From contig JALOQS010000019.1 of assembly GCA_025459355.1 (NCBI GenBank), positions 8,463 through 72,462 on the forward strand: a DNA stretch of 64,000 bases. Direction: 5' to 3'. Shown in pieces: positions 28,902 to 38,295 of the stretch (position 1 is the stretch's first letter; every line of letters starts with the position of its first letter). This DNA is from Pirellula sp. Lineage in GTDB: Bacteria; Planctomycetota; Planctomycetia; Pirellulales; Pirellulaceae. The translations under genes and the position numbers were made by a program. The notes under the pieces are model-generated. The model was not told the DNA's origin. It was given only the letters and a program-made list of their open reading frames with translations, and did no database searches.

Positions 28902-29893
28902 TGGAGGAATCTCGCTGTCGAGTCTGTCGTTCATTTCTCGATCCAGAGGATTTGTTTTGTTCTAATTGCGGAACGGAGAATCTTCATGGCCGCGACGCAG
29001 ATGGGGTCGGGCTCGATGATACGTCGAGTTTACAAACGATTCCTAGCGTCATGAGTTTTCAGTGCGACCAGTGCAGTGCATCAATGAGTTATGACGCATC
29101 GGCTCAGCAGCTTCGATGCCCTTTTTGCGGCAGCGAAAAGCTAACGTCTCGTCCAACGGCCAGGACGATTCGCTCAAGGTCGGTGGTACCGTTTCGCGTT
29201 AAGCAAAGGGACGTCGAAGGGCTCATAAGGAAATGGCTATCCGAAGGCTTTTGGCGTCCCGGCGATGCTTCAACAGATTCCGTTATAAGCAAAGTCACAG
29301 CCGTCTTTGTTCCGTTCTGGGTTTTTTCTGCTCATGCTGAGGTATCGTGGACCGCCGACTCCTCGCAAGTACCGTTTGGGGCTAGAGCAAGCTGGTATCC
29401 TCTTTCTGGAACAAGCGAAGAGAGTTTTGACGAAGTACTGGTTGGCGCGTCGGGCACATTGACACCGGTCGAAGTTCGAGATCTATGTCCCTTTAACCTC
29501 GGGCAAGGAGTTTCGCCAGACGAGATGGATCTTAACAACGTCGTGGTAGAAGAGTTTCGGACAACTCGGCGCGACGCTCGCATGTTGGCTCAAGCGATGT
29601 TGGAACAACGAGCAAGCAAGATTGTACAATCGTCGATTCCAGGCAATGTTCGGAATTTGCACGTTAACCTTCGGGCTCAGAACTTGAAGAGCATCCCGAT
29701 GCTGCTTCCCGTTTGGATCATGGTTTATCACTACAAAGAGAAACCTTATCGCGTGCTAGTGAATGGTCAAACAGGTGAGGTATCAGGAATTGCTCCGTTC
29801 TCAGGAACCAAACTGGCGTTAGTCATCACGGCTGTAATCGTAGTCATCATCTTGCTCATAGGCTTGGTCGCTCTGGGTTCCTTTCTCTCCTAA
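28901..29893 (+). CDS. Zinc-ribbon membrane-anchored protein (paralogue of the upstream gene)
   Basis: CRVC/CSNC/CDQC/CPFC, VFVPFW, LLPVW..Y.YKEKPYRVLVNGQTGEVSG and a C-terminal TM; TAATG overlap. Confidence 0.75.
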   Translation: MEESRCRVCRSFLDPEDLFCSNCGTENLHGRDADGVGLDDTSSLQTIPSVMSFQCDQCSASMSYDASAQQLRCPFCGSEKLTSRPTARTIRSRSVVPFRVKQRDVEGLIRKWLSEGFWRPGDASTDSVISKVTAVFVPFWVFSAHAEVSWTADSSQVPFGARASWYPLSGTSEESFDEVLVGASGTLTPVEVRDLCPFNLGQGVSPDEMDLNNVVVEEFRTTRRDARMLAQAMLEQRASKIVQSSIPGNVRNLHVNLRAQNLKSIPMLLPVWIMVYHYKEKPYRVLVNGQTGEVSGIAPFSGTKLALVITAVIVVIILLIGLVALGSFLS

Positions 29894-29916
29894 ACTCAAT
29901 TCTCGAATAAACATTC

Positions 29917-32859
29917 ATGGCGAAAAAACGTAACTCGGCCCAACCTATGCTGTTTGGATTTGAGGCAATGGCCGAATCGGTTTCGGAGCCCAACGTTCAG
30001 CCCAGCGTTGAGTCAACAAAAGAGACTGCTTTTCCTGTTAATCCCGACACCGCTAACGAAACCACCCCCTCCGACGAGATGGGTTCAGTCGTTTTAGCAT
30101 CACCGGAGCCAAGCAAACCGAGGTCCACGATTCCGGGAGCGGGTGATCTGGTCATATTGATCGATTCTCATTCCCTGATCTACCAAGTGTTTCACGCCTT
30201 GCCATCCATGACCAACCCCAAAGGTCAGGAGGTCGGTGCAGTGCATGGTTTCTTGAGAGATGTTGCTAGCCTGATTCAGCAATGGAACCCAGATTTTTTC
30301 GTATGCACGTTTGACGAATCGGAAGAAACGTTTCGCAATCAGCTTTATGACCAATACAAAGCCAATCGCGAATCTATGCCCGACGCGTTGCGGGAGCAGA
30401 TTGGATTAATTCATCACAGCTTAGAGGTCTTGGGGATTCCGAAGCTGTCTCTGGGCGGCTATGAAGCGGACGATTTGATGGCGACTTTGGCGGATGATGC
30501 GTCGGCACGTGGAGCCAGAGTTTTGTTGGTGACCAGTGACAAAGACTGTCGCCAGCTCATCTCGGATCGAGTTCAAATGCTGAATGTTCGCAAGAATGAG
30601 ATCTTTGGAGCGGATGAGTTGAAAGTTGTTTGGGGGATTCGTCCTGACCAAGTCGTTGACTTTCAGTCGTTGGTGGGCGATTCCGTCGATAACGTGCCGG
30701 GTGTTCCGATGATCGGTCCCAAGGCAGCGCAACAGCTATTGGAGCAGTTTGATACGCTCGATCGAATCTTGGAAAACATTGACTTGGTACCTGGTGCTAA
30801 GAAGCAAGAGAATCTTCGCACTCACAAAGACAAGGCGTTGCTCAGTAAAGCATTGGTGCAATTGAAGCGGGATTGCCCGATATCGCTTCAGTGGAGCGAA
30901 ATGCGTCCATCGTCGATCAATCGCGAAGCAGCGGAGGCGCTTTTTCAAGATCTTGGTTTTCGAAGGTTGGCGGAGCAATTCCTCAATCTCTCTACGCAAG
31001 ACACGGCAGCAAAAGCCATCAGTACCCAGCTTCCCCAAGATGGTTATCGAACAATTGAAAGCACCGAAGCTCTCGATGCATTGATAGCTGAAATCGGTGA
31101 TTCACCGATTCTTGCCATCGATACCGAAACAACATCGACACGAGCTCGCGATGCCGCGATCGTTGGGCTGAGTTTGGCTTGGGAGAAAGGGAATGCGGCA
31201 TACATTCCGATCAGATCGCCAGCCGGCGCTCCCTGTCTGGATTGGGATGTTGTTCGTCCGGTGATTGCGCAACTAGCGGAAGATGATCGTCGCATTTTTG
31301 TTGGCCAAAACATCAAATACGATTTGATCGTATTGCGAAATCATGGTGTCGAGATAAAGAATGTTGGATTCGACACCATGGTGGCTGATTATCTGCTGGA
31401 CGCCGGGGGGCGAAATCATGATTTAGACGATATAGCCAAGCGTTGGTTAGGACATACCAACACGCCGATTACGGCTTTGATTGGTTCGGGTAAGAATCAG
31501 GGTTCTATGTCGGATGTACCTCTCGATGCTATCGGACCGTATGCATGCGAAGATGTAGATGTGCCGTTTCGTTTGTACCCGACAATGAAGGAAAGGCTCG
31601 AGCATGACGGTTTGAGTCGGGTTATGACCGATTTAGAATTGCCTCTCATCAATGTCCTTGCGGATATGGAATACGAAGGGATTCGAATATCCATCGAGCG
31701 ATTAAAAGAACTAGGTGAATCGTTTCAGAAACGCACGATCGCATTGTTTGACGAGATTCTCGCGCTAGCGGGTGAGTCATTCAATCCTGACAGCCCCAAA
31801 CAATTGTCAACGATTCTATTCGACAAGCTGGGATTGAGAATTGTCAAGCGAACCAAAACAGGTCCCAGCACCGATGCTGAGGTTCTGGAAGAGTTGGCCT
31901 CGGAGCATCCATTGCCAGCGAAGATTATCGAATACAGGCAATTTACCAAGCTAAAAAACACGTATGTTGACGCGTTGCCGAAACTCGTATCCCCCAACAC
32001 CAATCGATTGCACACGTCATTCCGGCAGGACATTGCCGCGACGGGGCGATTAAGCAGTGTTGAACCTAATTTACAGAACATACCGGTTAGAACACCGGAA
32101 GGCAGATCGATTCGCTCTGCGTTTTTATCTCGGGCCGACGGATGGTCATTGGTAGCGGCCGATTATTCTCAAATTGAATTGCGAGTCTTGGCCCACTATT
32201 CGCAAGACGAGACGATGAGTCGCGCGTTTCAAGAGAAACAGGATATCCATTCCATTGTTGCTGCACAAATTCATGGCGTACGAATTGACGAAGTCACGTC
32301 AGAGATGAGGCGTCGAGCTAAGGCCGTGAATTTCGGAATCATTTACGGGCAAAGCCCATTCGGTTTATCCAAGGGGCTTGGGATTTCGCGAACCGATGCC
32401 AGCGATTTTATCGATGCGTATTTTGCGCAATACCCGGCAGTTCGAGAGTTCATCTGCGAGACGTTGGTGGCGTGTCGTAAAGACGGTTATGTCAAGACCA
32501 TGTCGGGCCGCAAACGAAGTCTATTGGGCATTCGCGATTACCCGAGTTTGCCAGAGGCAAAACAAAAACAACTGCTTGAACCTGAGCGAATGGCTATCAA
32601 CACCGTCATCCAAGGCTCGGCCGCCGACATGATCAAGTTAGCGATGATCGAGATACGCAAGCGGCTCAAGGCAACGAATTGGCCAGCAAGAATGATTTTG
32701 CAAATTCATGATGAGTTGATTTTTGATTGTCCCGATGAACTTTGCGAACCGCTCGCAGAACTGGTTCGCGACGCCATGGTCCAGGTGATGCCATTGCGTG
32801 TACCGCTCCAAGTTGACGTGAAACGTGGCCGCAATTGGGCCGAATGCGAGGCGATGTAA
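29917..32859 (+). CDS. polA: DNA polymerase I
   Basis: 5'-3' exonuclease (YEADD, GDSVDNVPGV), 3'-5' exonuclease (AIDTETT), and polymerase motifs TGRLSS.PNLQNIP, ADYSQIELR, AKAVNFGIIYG, QIHDEL; low-complexity N-terminal extension. Confidence 0.98.
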   Translation: MAKKRNSAQPMLFGFEAMAESVSEPNVQPSVESTKETAFPVNPDTANETTPSDEMGSVVLASPEPSKPRSTIPGAGDLVILIDSHSLIYQVFHALPSMTNPKGQEVGAVHGFLRDVASLIQQWNPDFFVCTFDESEETFRNQLYDQYKANRESMPDALREQIGLIHHSLEVLGIPKLSLGGYEADDLMATLADDASARGARVLLVTSDKDCRQLISDRVQMLNVRKNEIFGADELKVVWGIRPDQVVDFQSLVGDSVDNVPGVPMIGPKAAQQLLEQFDTLDRILENIDLVPGAKKQENLRTHKDKALLSKALVQLKRDCPISLQWSEMRPSSINREAAEALFQDLGFRRLAEQFLNLSTQDTAAKAISTQLPQDGYRTIESTEALDALIAEIGDSPILAIDTETTSTRARDAAIVGLSLAWEKGNAAYIPIRSPAGAPCLDWDVVRPVIAQLAEDDRRIFVGQNIKYDLIVLRNHGVEIKNVGFDTMVADYLLDAGGRNHDLDDIAKRWLGHTNTPITALIGSGKNQGSMSDVPLDAIGPYACEDVDVPFRLYPTMKERLEHDGLSRVMTDLELPLINVLADMEYEGIRISIERLKELGESFQKRTIALFDEILALAGESFNPDSPKQLSTILFDKLGLRIVKRTKTGPSTDAEVLEELASEHPLPAKIIEYRQFTKLKNTYVDALPKLVSPNTNRLHTSFRQDIAATGRLSSVEPNLQNIPVRTPEGRSIRSAFLSRADGWSLVAADYSQIELRVLAHYSQDETMSRAFQEKQDIHSIVAAQIHGVRIDEVTSEMRRRAKAVNFGIIYGQSPFGLSKGLGISRTDASDFIDAYFAQYPAVREFICETLVACRKDGYVKTMSGRKRSLLGIRDYPSLPEAKQKQLLEPERMAINTVIQGSAADMIKLAMIEIRKRLKATNWPARMILQIHDELIFDCPDELCEPLAELVRDAMVQVMPLRVPLQVDVKRGRNWAECEAM

Positions 32860-33548
32860 TGTCTCTAGAGCCAGCTTCTCCTCTGGGAAAGATTGTGGGT
32901 GTCGTCGGTGGTGTCGCCAGTGGCAAATCCGCAGTCACTCAGTTCTTAGCTGAGTTGGGAGGAATCGTGTTAAACGCGGACGCCATGGCGCACGATGTAT
33001 TGCAACAGCCCCAGGTCGTCGATGCTTTGGTAGAGCACTTTGGTGCGCAGGTGTTGCTAACGTTTCCCTCGCAAGAAATAGGTTCGAGTCTTGAAAAAGA
33101 GGTCCGAACAGCAGAGCGAGTGCTGAACCGATCAGCGATTGGGAAGCTGGTGTTTGGAAAGACCGAGCAACACCGAGTGAACATGCAGTATCTGGAATCG
33201 GTCGTGCAAACGCAAGTTCGAGATCGATTGATCCAGGAGATAGAGTGTTGGCGAAAAGGTGCCGAGGCCAAGTCATTCCTCGTTTTAGATGTACCCCTAC
33301 TTTTCGAAAGAGGTTGGGATAGGTTTTGCGATTATGTATTGATGGTCGACACACCGGACGCGAAACGGATGGAGAACGCAGTCCGTAGAGGTTGGTCGGA
33401 GTCGGATTGGCGAGCGAGAGAGCAAATCCAGTTAGCTCTTTCCGACAAACGAGATCGAGCCACCTACTCGATTCCAAATGATTCTAGTTTGGAGAATCTC
33501 AGAACACGGGTGCGAGATTGGTATGCGACGCATCTCGGGGATCGATGA
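32859..33548 (+). CDS. coaE: Dephospho-CoA kinase
   Basis: GVVGGVASGKS, NADAMAH, LNRSAIG and LDVPLLFE; TAATG overlap with polA. Confidence 0.93.
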   Translation: MSLEPASPLGKIVGVVGGVASGKSAVTQFLAELGGIVLNADAMAHDVLQQPQVVDALVEHFGAQVLLTFPSQEIGSSLEKEVRTAERVLNRSAIGKLVFGKTEQHRVNMQYLESVVQTQVRDRLIQEIECWRKGAEAKSFLVLDVPLLFERGWDRFCDYVLMVDTPDAKRMENAVRRGWSESDWRAREQIQLALSDKRDRATYSIPNDSSLENLRTRVRDWYATHLGDR

Positions 33549-33572
33549 GAAGCCTGAGTCAAAGAATGGTCG

Positions 33573-34205
33573 CTACTTCGGATTATGGTTATCGCGACTC
33601 AAATCCTCCAAGGTGGATTTCCAGCGGTTCGTGATTGCATCTGGGGTTGGAGCGTTGGAATAGGAGGTATCGAGGGCTGATTCGAGAATATCCGGGACGA
33701 TTTCGTATGCTTGTAGAACGGCAGCTTGTTGAACGATCGGCCACGTCACGGCAGCCAGTTCAGGGTGCTTGTTTGACCAACTGTCCCAAAATGATCCCGA
33801 CGTTGTGGATGGCGATAGGGCTTGGATCAGAATCCTAGGAGCGCGAATGTCCTGTTGCACTCCTTCGTTCACCATAGCCACATCCCATCGTTCATCGGGT
33901 AGCCGCTTGATATGCTGCAGCACGGAGGTCGATACGGGCAGAGGTTTGAGGTTTAACCGAGTGGGAGTGACGATTGTTTTGACCCAAGGGAGTCGTCGGT
34001 AGTAAAAATCTCGGAGTTGAAATGTTTGAGGGCAGAATTCTTCGCCAGCGACAGCTTGTCCATTGAAGAACCAGAGCAGGGCCATGCCACCAACGAGAAT
34101 CGAAACCAGGACAACACCGATTCCAATGACGATACCGTTCCAGCTAGGAGGCGATTGCGACCTAGGCACCTTGGCAGTTGATGGAGATTGAGAAATGGCC
34201 GCCAT
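33573..34205 (-). CDS. Hypothetical single-TM membrane protein
   Basis: 210-aa ORF with one N-terminal TM followed by GEEFCPQTF; no family recognised. Confidence 0.65.
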   Translation of the reverse strand: MAAISQSPSTAKVPRSQSPPSWNGIVIGIGVVLVSILVGGMALLWFFNGQAVAGEEFCPQTFQLRDFYYRRLPWVKTIVTPTRLNLKPLPVSTSVLQHIKRLPDERWDVAMVNEGVQQDIRAPRILIQALSPSTTSGSFWDSWSNKHPELAAVTWPIVQQAAVLQAYEIVPDILESALDTSYSNAPTPDAITNRWKSTLEDLSRDNHNPK

Positions 34206-34366
34206 AAATTACGACTTGGCTCCGAGACATGAAACAACAACGCTATGCGGCTGGATTTAACCCGGCGATTGTCGTAGTATAGTCGAACTTGGCCCCCCGA
34301 TAACATCCTGTTTTTTCTTAGGGGGCACAGCACGGTGTAGACATTTTCGACGAGTAGACATTCTCG

Positions 34367-35257
34367 ATGAATCGCGCCCGCCACGTCGCAACGAACGATT
34401 CATCGCCTTGCGGACGATTTGGGGAGCAATTTAGGGATAACCTTATGCCGAGTCATGCATGGAAAACCCGAAACAAGAAAAATCGAAATGATTTTTCGAC
34501 GCGGGGAAGCAGCGTTTGCTGGGGTAGTCAAACCCGGCCAGCGGGTTGGGAGCGACTTTCGCACCGACGTCGAGAACGCCGGCTGGAAAAAAAAACTTTG
34601 GAGGAGGAGCCCGAATCGGCTCAGGCTCCTAAGAGTCTTGGGAAGCGGGAGCTTGTGGAAGCCATTTTGTTTGTGACTCGCGAGCCGATTTCCGCAAGAA
34701 AACTGGCTTCATTAGCAGAATTGGACGATCCGACCGAGGCCAGAACGATTGCGAGGCAGCTGAATGAGCTTTACGATACCGAGCAATTCGCCTTTCGCAT
34801 TGAGGAGGTCGCCGGTGGCATGCAAATTCTGACACGTCCGCAATTTGCGCCTTGGTTGCGCCGATTAGAATTAGTTCCTCCCGAGACCGTCCTAAGTGCC
34901 AGTATGCTGGAAACGCTCGCCATAATCGCTTATAGGCAGCCTGTAGCGCGTTCGGAGATCGAAGCCATACGGGGAGTTGGGTCGGACGAGGCCCTGCGAC
35001 AATTGATGCAGCGGAATCTGGTTCGCATCGAAGGACGTTCCGAGGACCTTGGCAGAGCCTACTTATACGGTACAACCAAGCAGTTCTTGCAGTTGTTTGG
35101 CCTACAATCTCTCGATTTTTTACCTAGAGCTCAGAAGATTCGGGAGGCCGAAGCCGAAATTGCAACGAGAATTTCCGTTCTGCCAACAATGTCGACTTCT
35201 TCCCGAGAGGTGGACGCTGAGCCCGGGCTCGAGATGGAAGAAAAAATTGTTCCTTGA
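34367..35257 (+). CDS. scpB: SMC-Scp complex subunit ScpB (true start probably further downstream)
   Basis: VEAILF, EVAGG.QILTRP, LETLAIIAYRQPV.RSEIEAIRGV and GRAYLYGTT..FL..FGL.SL..LP. Confidence 0.93.
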   Translation: MNRARHVATNDSSPCGRFGEQFRDNLMPSHAWKTRNKKNRNDFSTRGSSVCWGSQTRPAGWERLSHRRRERRLEKKTLEEEPESAQAPKSLGKRELVEAILFVTREPISARKLASLAELDDPTEARTIARQLNELYDTEQFAFRIEEVAGGMQILTRPQFAPWLRRLELVPPETVLSASMLETLAIIAYRQPVARSEIEAIRGVGSDEALRQLMQRNLVRIEGRSEDLGRAYLYGTTKQFLQLFGLQSLDFLPRAQKIREAEAEIATRISVLPTMSTSSREVDAEPGLEMEEKIVP

Positions 35258-35364
35258 CAGGAATTTCCCTTCCAAGCCTCGGTGTTCAACACTAGATTGC
35301 CCGTTAAGATACATCGTAAGTTTCGAAACGACCTCACGTTCAAAGGAAATAAAGGAGTCCACCA

Positions 35365-35802
35365 GTGAAGATGACGTTAACGGCAAAAGAGTTGAAACGA
35401 CACACCAACTCTGAGCGGTTACTTTGGAGTGCTGCCACTTGGGCACCAAGCGTTCAACCGCTCGTCATGTCTGACGATGATGAAGATGACTTCGAGGACG
35501 AAGACGAAGAGGAAGGTGACGACGACTACGAGGAGGACGAGGAGGAATTCGACGACGACCTAGAAGACGACTTCGAGGAAGATGAAGATCTCGAAGAAGA
35601 AGAGGATCTTGAAGAAGAAGAACTCGAAGAAGAGGAATGGGAAGAAGTCGACGAAGATGAGGACGACGCCGATGAAGAAGACGGCGACGAAGACGAAGAT
35701 GAGGAAGAGGAGTGGGACGAAGAAGAAGAAGACGACTGGGATGACGACGACTTCGACGACGATGACGAGGACGAAGATGAAGACGATGAAGATTGGGACT
35801 AG
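35365..35802 (+). CDS. Hyper-acidic Asp/Glu-rich protein
   Basis: AAGGAG RBS 7 nt before the GTG start; about 110 C-terminal residues are almost all D/E with spaced W/F/L/Y. Confidence 0.75.
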   Translation: MKMTLTAKELKRHTNSERLLWSAATWAPSVQPLVMSDDDEDDFEDEDEEEGDDDYEEDEEEFDDDLEDDFEEDEDLEEEEDLEEEELEEEEWEEVDEDEDDADEEDGDEDEDEEEEWDEEEEDDWDDDDFDDDDEDEDEDDEDWD

Positions 35803-35833
35803 TCCCCAATCTTAGAGGCATCGGCATAGCCAC

Positions 35834-35863
35834 GGGCCTCGCGAGTCAATCGCGAGGCTCTTT
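35834..35863 (+). terminator. Possible terminator hairpin
   Basis: GGGCCTCGCGA-GTCAA-TCGCGAGGCTC followed by TTT. Confidence 0.5.
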
Positions 35864-35884
35864 CCTTGATACGACAATATTCAG

Positions 35885-36772
35885 ATGCCAAACGTAATTT
35901 GCTTTTTACTGTCGTACCTCTTGCTCTTGGTGATGGAGCTAATCCGCGGAAAGTTTCCCGTCGGATCGGTGGGTGTCGTTCTGACGCGTCTTTTGATCGT
36001 TTCTGCGACGATTGCCGTTTTTACTCATTCGCTCTACTTGCTCGATCGGTTGTTTCTGGCGTTAGCCAACGAAGAGAGTCCGCTCTATTTGTCTTGGCAC
36101 GATTGGGGAACGCTTAGCTCGTGGATGTTGGCCGCTGCTTACTACACGATGTTGTTGAGGCGTCCCAACAACCGAATTGGAATTTTTGTGATTCCTCTGT
36201 TGATCTTGCTGGTCGGTGGTACGTTCCTGCTACCATCCGACATTGGGATTCGAAATAGTTCGGCTTCGGGATGGAGGTTGGCTCACGGAGTCGGAATGAC
36301 ATTGGGAACGATGCTCATTTCGCTGGGCATGGCCATGGCCATCATGTACTTTATTCAATCGAGTTGGTTGAGGAGCACAAAGCCAAGGAGATTCAAGCTA
36401 CAGTTGCCGTCGCTCGAATATCTAGAATCCTTTGGTCGCAAATGTTTACTGGGCAGTGCTGCTTCGATCGGTTTTGGGATGGTGTCTGGCGTGATCATGA
36501 ACATTGTAAAAGATGGACAGGTCGAGTGGCTGGATCGAGGGATATTGTTTTCGGGCGGCTTGTTTCTTTGGTTGATTGCCGCTTCGATCACGCAGTGGCA
36601 ATTTTCGCAACGCGGGCGCGGTCAGTCGACAGCGGCCATGAACATCATCTCGTTCGTCGTGGTTGTAGCCGCGCTGGCTTTGGTTTTGAGCACTCCGCAT
36701 GGCAGCAATACCGCACCGGAAGTAAAACCGATTTCGAGCCAATCTGAGACCATCGAAAAGGATTTTCGATGA
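35885..36772 (+). CDS. Cytochrome c assembly (CcsA/HemX-like) membrane protein
   Basis: About 8 TMs, W..AHG, MYFIQ...L and LPSLEYLE; ATGA-coupled to hemA. Confidence 0.7.
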   Translation: MPNVICFLLSYLLLLVMELIRGKFPVGSVGVVLTRLLIVSATIAVFTHSLYLLDRLFLALANEESPLYLSWHDWGTLSSWMLAAAYYTMLLRRPNNRIGIFVIPLLILLVGGTFLLPSDIGIRNSSASGWRLAHGVGMTLGTMLISLGMAMAIMYFIQSSWLRSTKPRRFKLQLPSLEYLESFGRKCLLGSAASIGFGMVSGVIMNIVKDGQVEWLDRGILFSGGLFLWLIAASITQWQFSQRGRGQSTAAMNIISFVVVVAALALVLSTPHGSNTAPEVKPISSQSETIEKDFR

Positions 36773-38049
36773 AACTTAGGATGATCGGCTGTAGTCATCA
36801 CACGACACCGGTGGAGGTTCGCGAAAAGTTTTCGTTTACTGACGCGCAGAGTGAAGCGGCCCTCAACTTGCTAAAAGACCGTTACTCGGATTGCGAGAGC
36901 GTTTTGTTGAGCACTTGCAATCGCGTAGAGTTGTACGTTGGGACTGCGATGTCCGAAGCGAGGGTGCCCGAACGTGAGGAGCTTCTTTCGTTTATGGCTG
37001 AGTTCCATCAGCTGTCTCTTGAAAACTACGAAAGCTACTTCACCTCGCATTTGGATTCCACGGCTTTGGCTCATTTGTTTACCGTTGCGAGTAGTATTGA
37101 TTCCTTGGTGGTGGGCGAATCGCAAATTGCCTCGCAAGTCAACAATGCATACGAACGGGCTGTTCGACTCGGGTTCGCAGGGCCCGTCATGCATGCTGCC
37201 TTTCAACATGCGAATCAAGTTGCCAAGCGTGTCACCAATGAAACCGAAATCCATCGTCGCCGAATAAGCGTCCCGAGCGTGGCGGTTAGCGAGATTGCTT
37301 CAGAACTGTTTGAGCGTTTTGACGACAAGCAGATTTTGTTAATTGGCAGCGGAGAAATGGGACGTGAGTCTCTGACCTATCTCATGGACGCGGGGGCCAA
37401 GAATGTTGTCATCATCAATCGCTCGCTCGAAAACGCAAAAAATTTAGCGAATGATTTTGGCGTGGGCACGGGGCGATGGGAGGAGCTCGATTCAGCGATC
37501 GCGCAAGCCGATTTGATCGTCAGCACAACCGGGGCCACACAGCCGATCGTGACCGAGGAACGATTTCGTAAGATTATGCAGACTCGCAAAAAAGGAGATC
37601 TGTTGATCCTGGATCTGGCGGTGCCTCGTGATTTTGAGGCCGCCATTGGTCGCTTGCCAGATGTGTTTCTTAAAACGGTTGATGATTTGCAGGCTGTTTG
37701 TGAACAGAACCGAAGCTTCCGAGAACAGCAATTGCCCCGTGCTCGTCGAATCATCACGGAAGAAGTCGATCGGATCATGGCCGATTGGCAGATTCGAGCT
37801 TCGGGCGAAACCATCCGAGCATTACGGAATCGTGCTATTGAGATTCGGGACGCCGAGCTAGCCCGGTTGATAGGCAAGCAAAGTATGCAGGGAGTTTCCG
37901 AGGAAATGGAGCGGGAGATTACTCACGCCTTCGATCGGCTTGTCAACAAATTGTTGCACCAGCCTCTTCAGTCGATTCGCGAGGTGGCACAAGCCGACCA
38001 GAGAGATTCCTTGATTTCAGCCGTTAGGCGTCTATTTCAAATTCGCTAG
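36769..38049 (+). CDS. hemA: Glutamyl-tRNA reductase
   Basis: SHHTTPVEVRE, LSTCNRVE, SLVVGESQI, IGSGEMG, DLAVPRD and NKLLHQP. Confidence 0.97.
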   Translation: MKLRMIGCSHHTTPVEVREKFSFTDAQSEAALNLLKDRYSDCESVLLSTCNRVELYVGTAMSEARVPEREELLSFMAEFHQLSLENYESYFTSHLDSTALAHLFTVASSIDSLVVGESQIASQVNNAYERAVRLGFAGPVMHAAFQHANQVAKRVTNETEIHRRRISVPSVAVSEIASELFERFDDKQILLIGSGEMGRESLTYLMDAGAKNVVIINRSLENAKNLANDFGVGTGRWEELDSAIAQADLIVSTTGATQPIVTEERFRKIMQTRKKGDLLILDLAVPRDFEAAIGRLPDVFLKTVDDLQAVCEQNRSFREQQLPRARRIITEEVDRIMADWQIRASGETIRALRNRAIEIRDAELARLIGKQSMQGVSEEMEREITHAFDRLVNKLLHQPLQSIREVAQADQRDSLISAVRRLFQIR

Positions 38050-38295
38050 CCCCTGTTGATGGCCAGTTCGGTGTCTTGGTCTCGGAATGCGGCGGTCGGT
38101 TCAATTTTGGCTGTATTGGCTTACTTCCTGGCGAATAACAGGGTTCAATTCCTAACGCCTGTGGTAAATTGTCGGTTTGCAAGTAAAGTCTGAGATGGCG
38201 CGAAAAAGGAGTGTCGCGTCCGATGCCAGGCCCAATATTCATTTACAGAGAACGAACTAGTAAAACTACGATCTATCGATTCCTTGGGATTTGTC

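Noticed and set aside
35465-35833. Arg/Pro/Leu-rich antisense ORF and Lys/Thr-rich alternative-frame ORF
   Set aside because: Both are by-products of the GAN-codon run encoding the acidic protein, which has the RBS.
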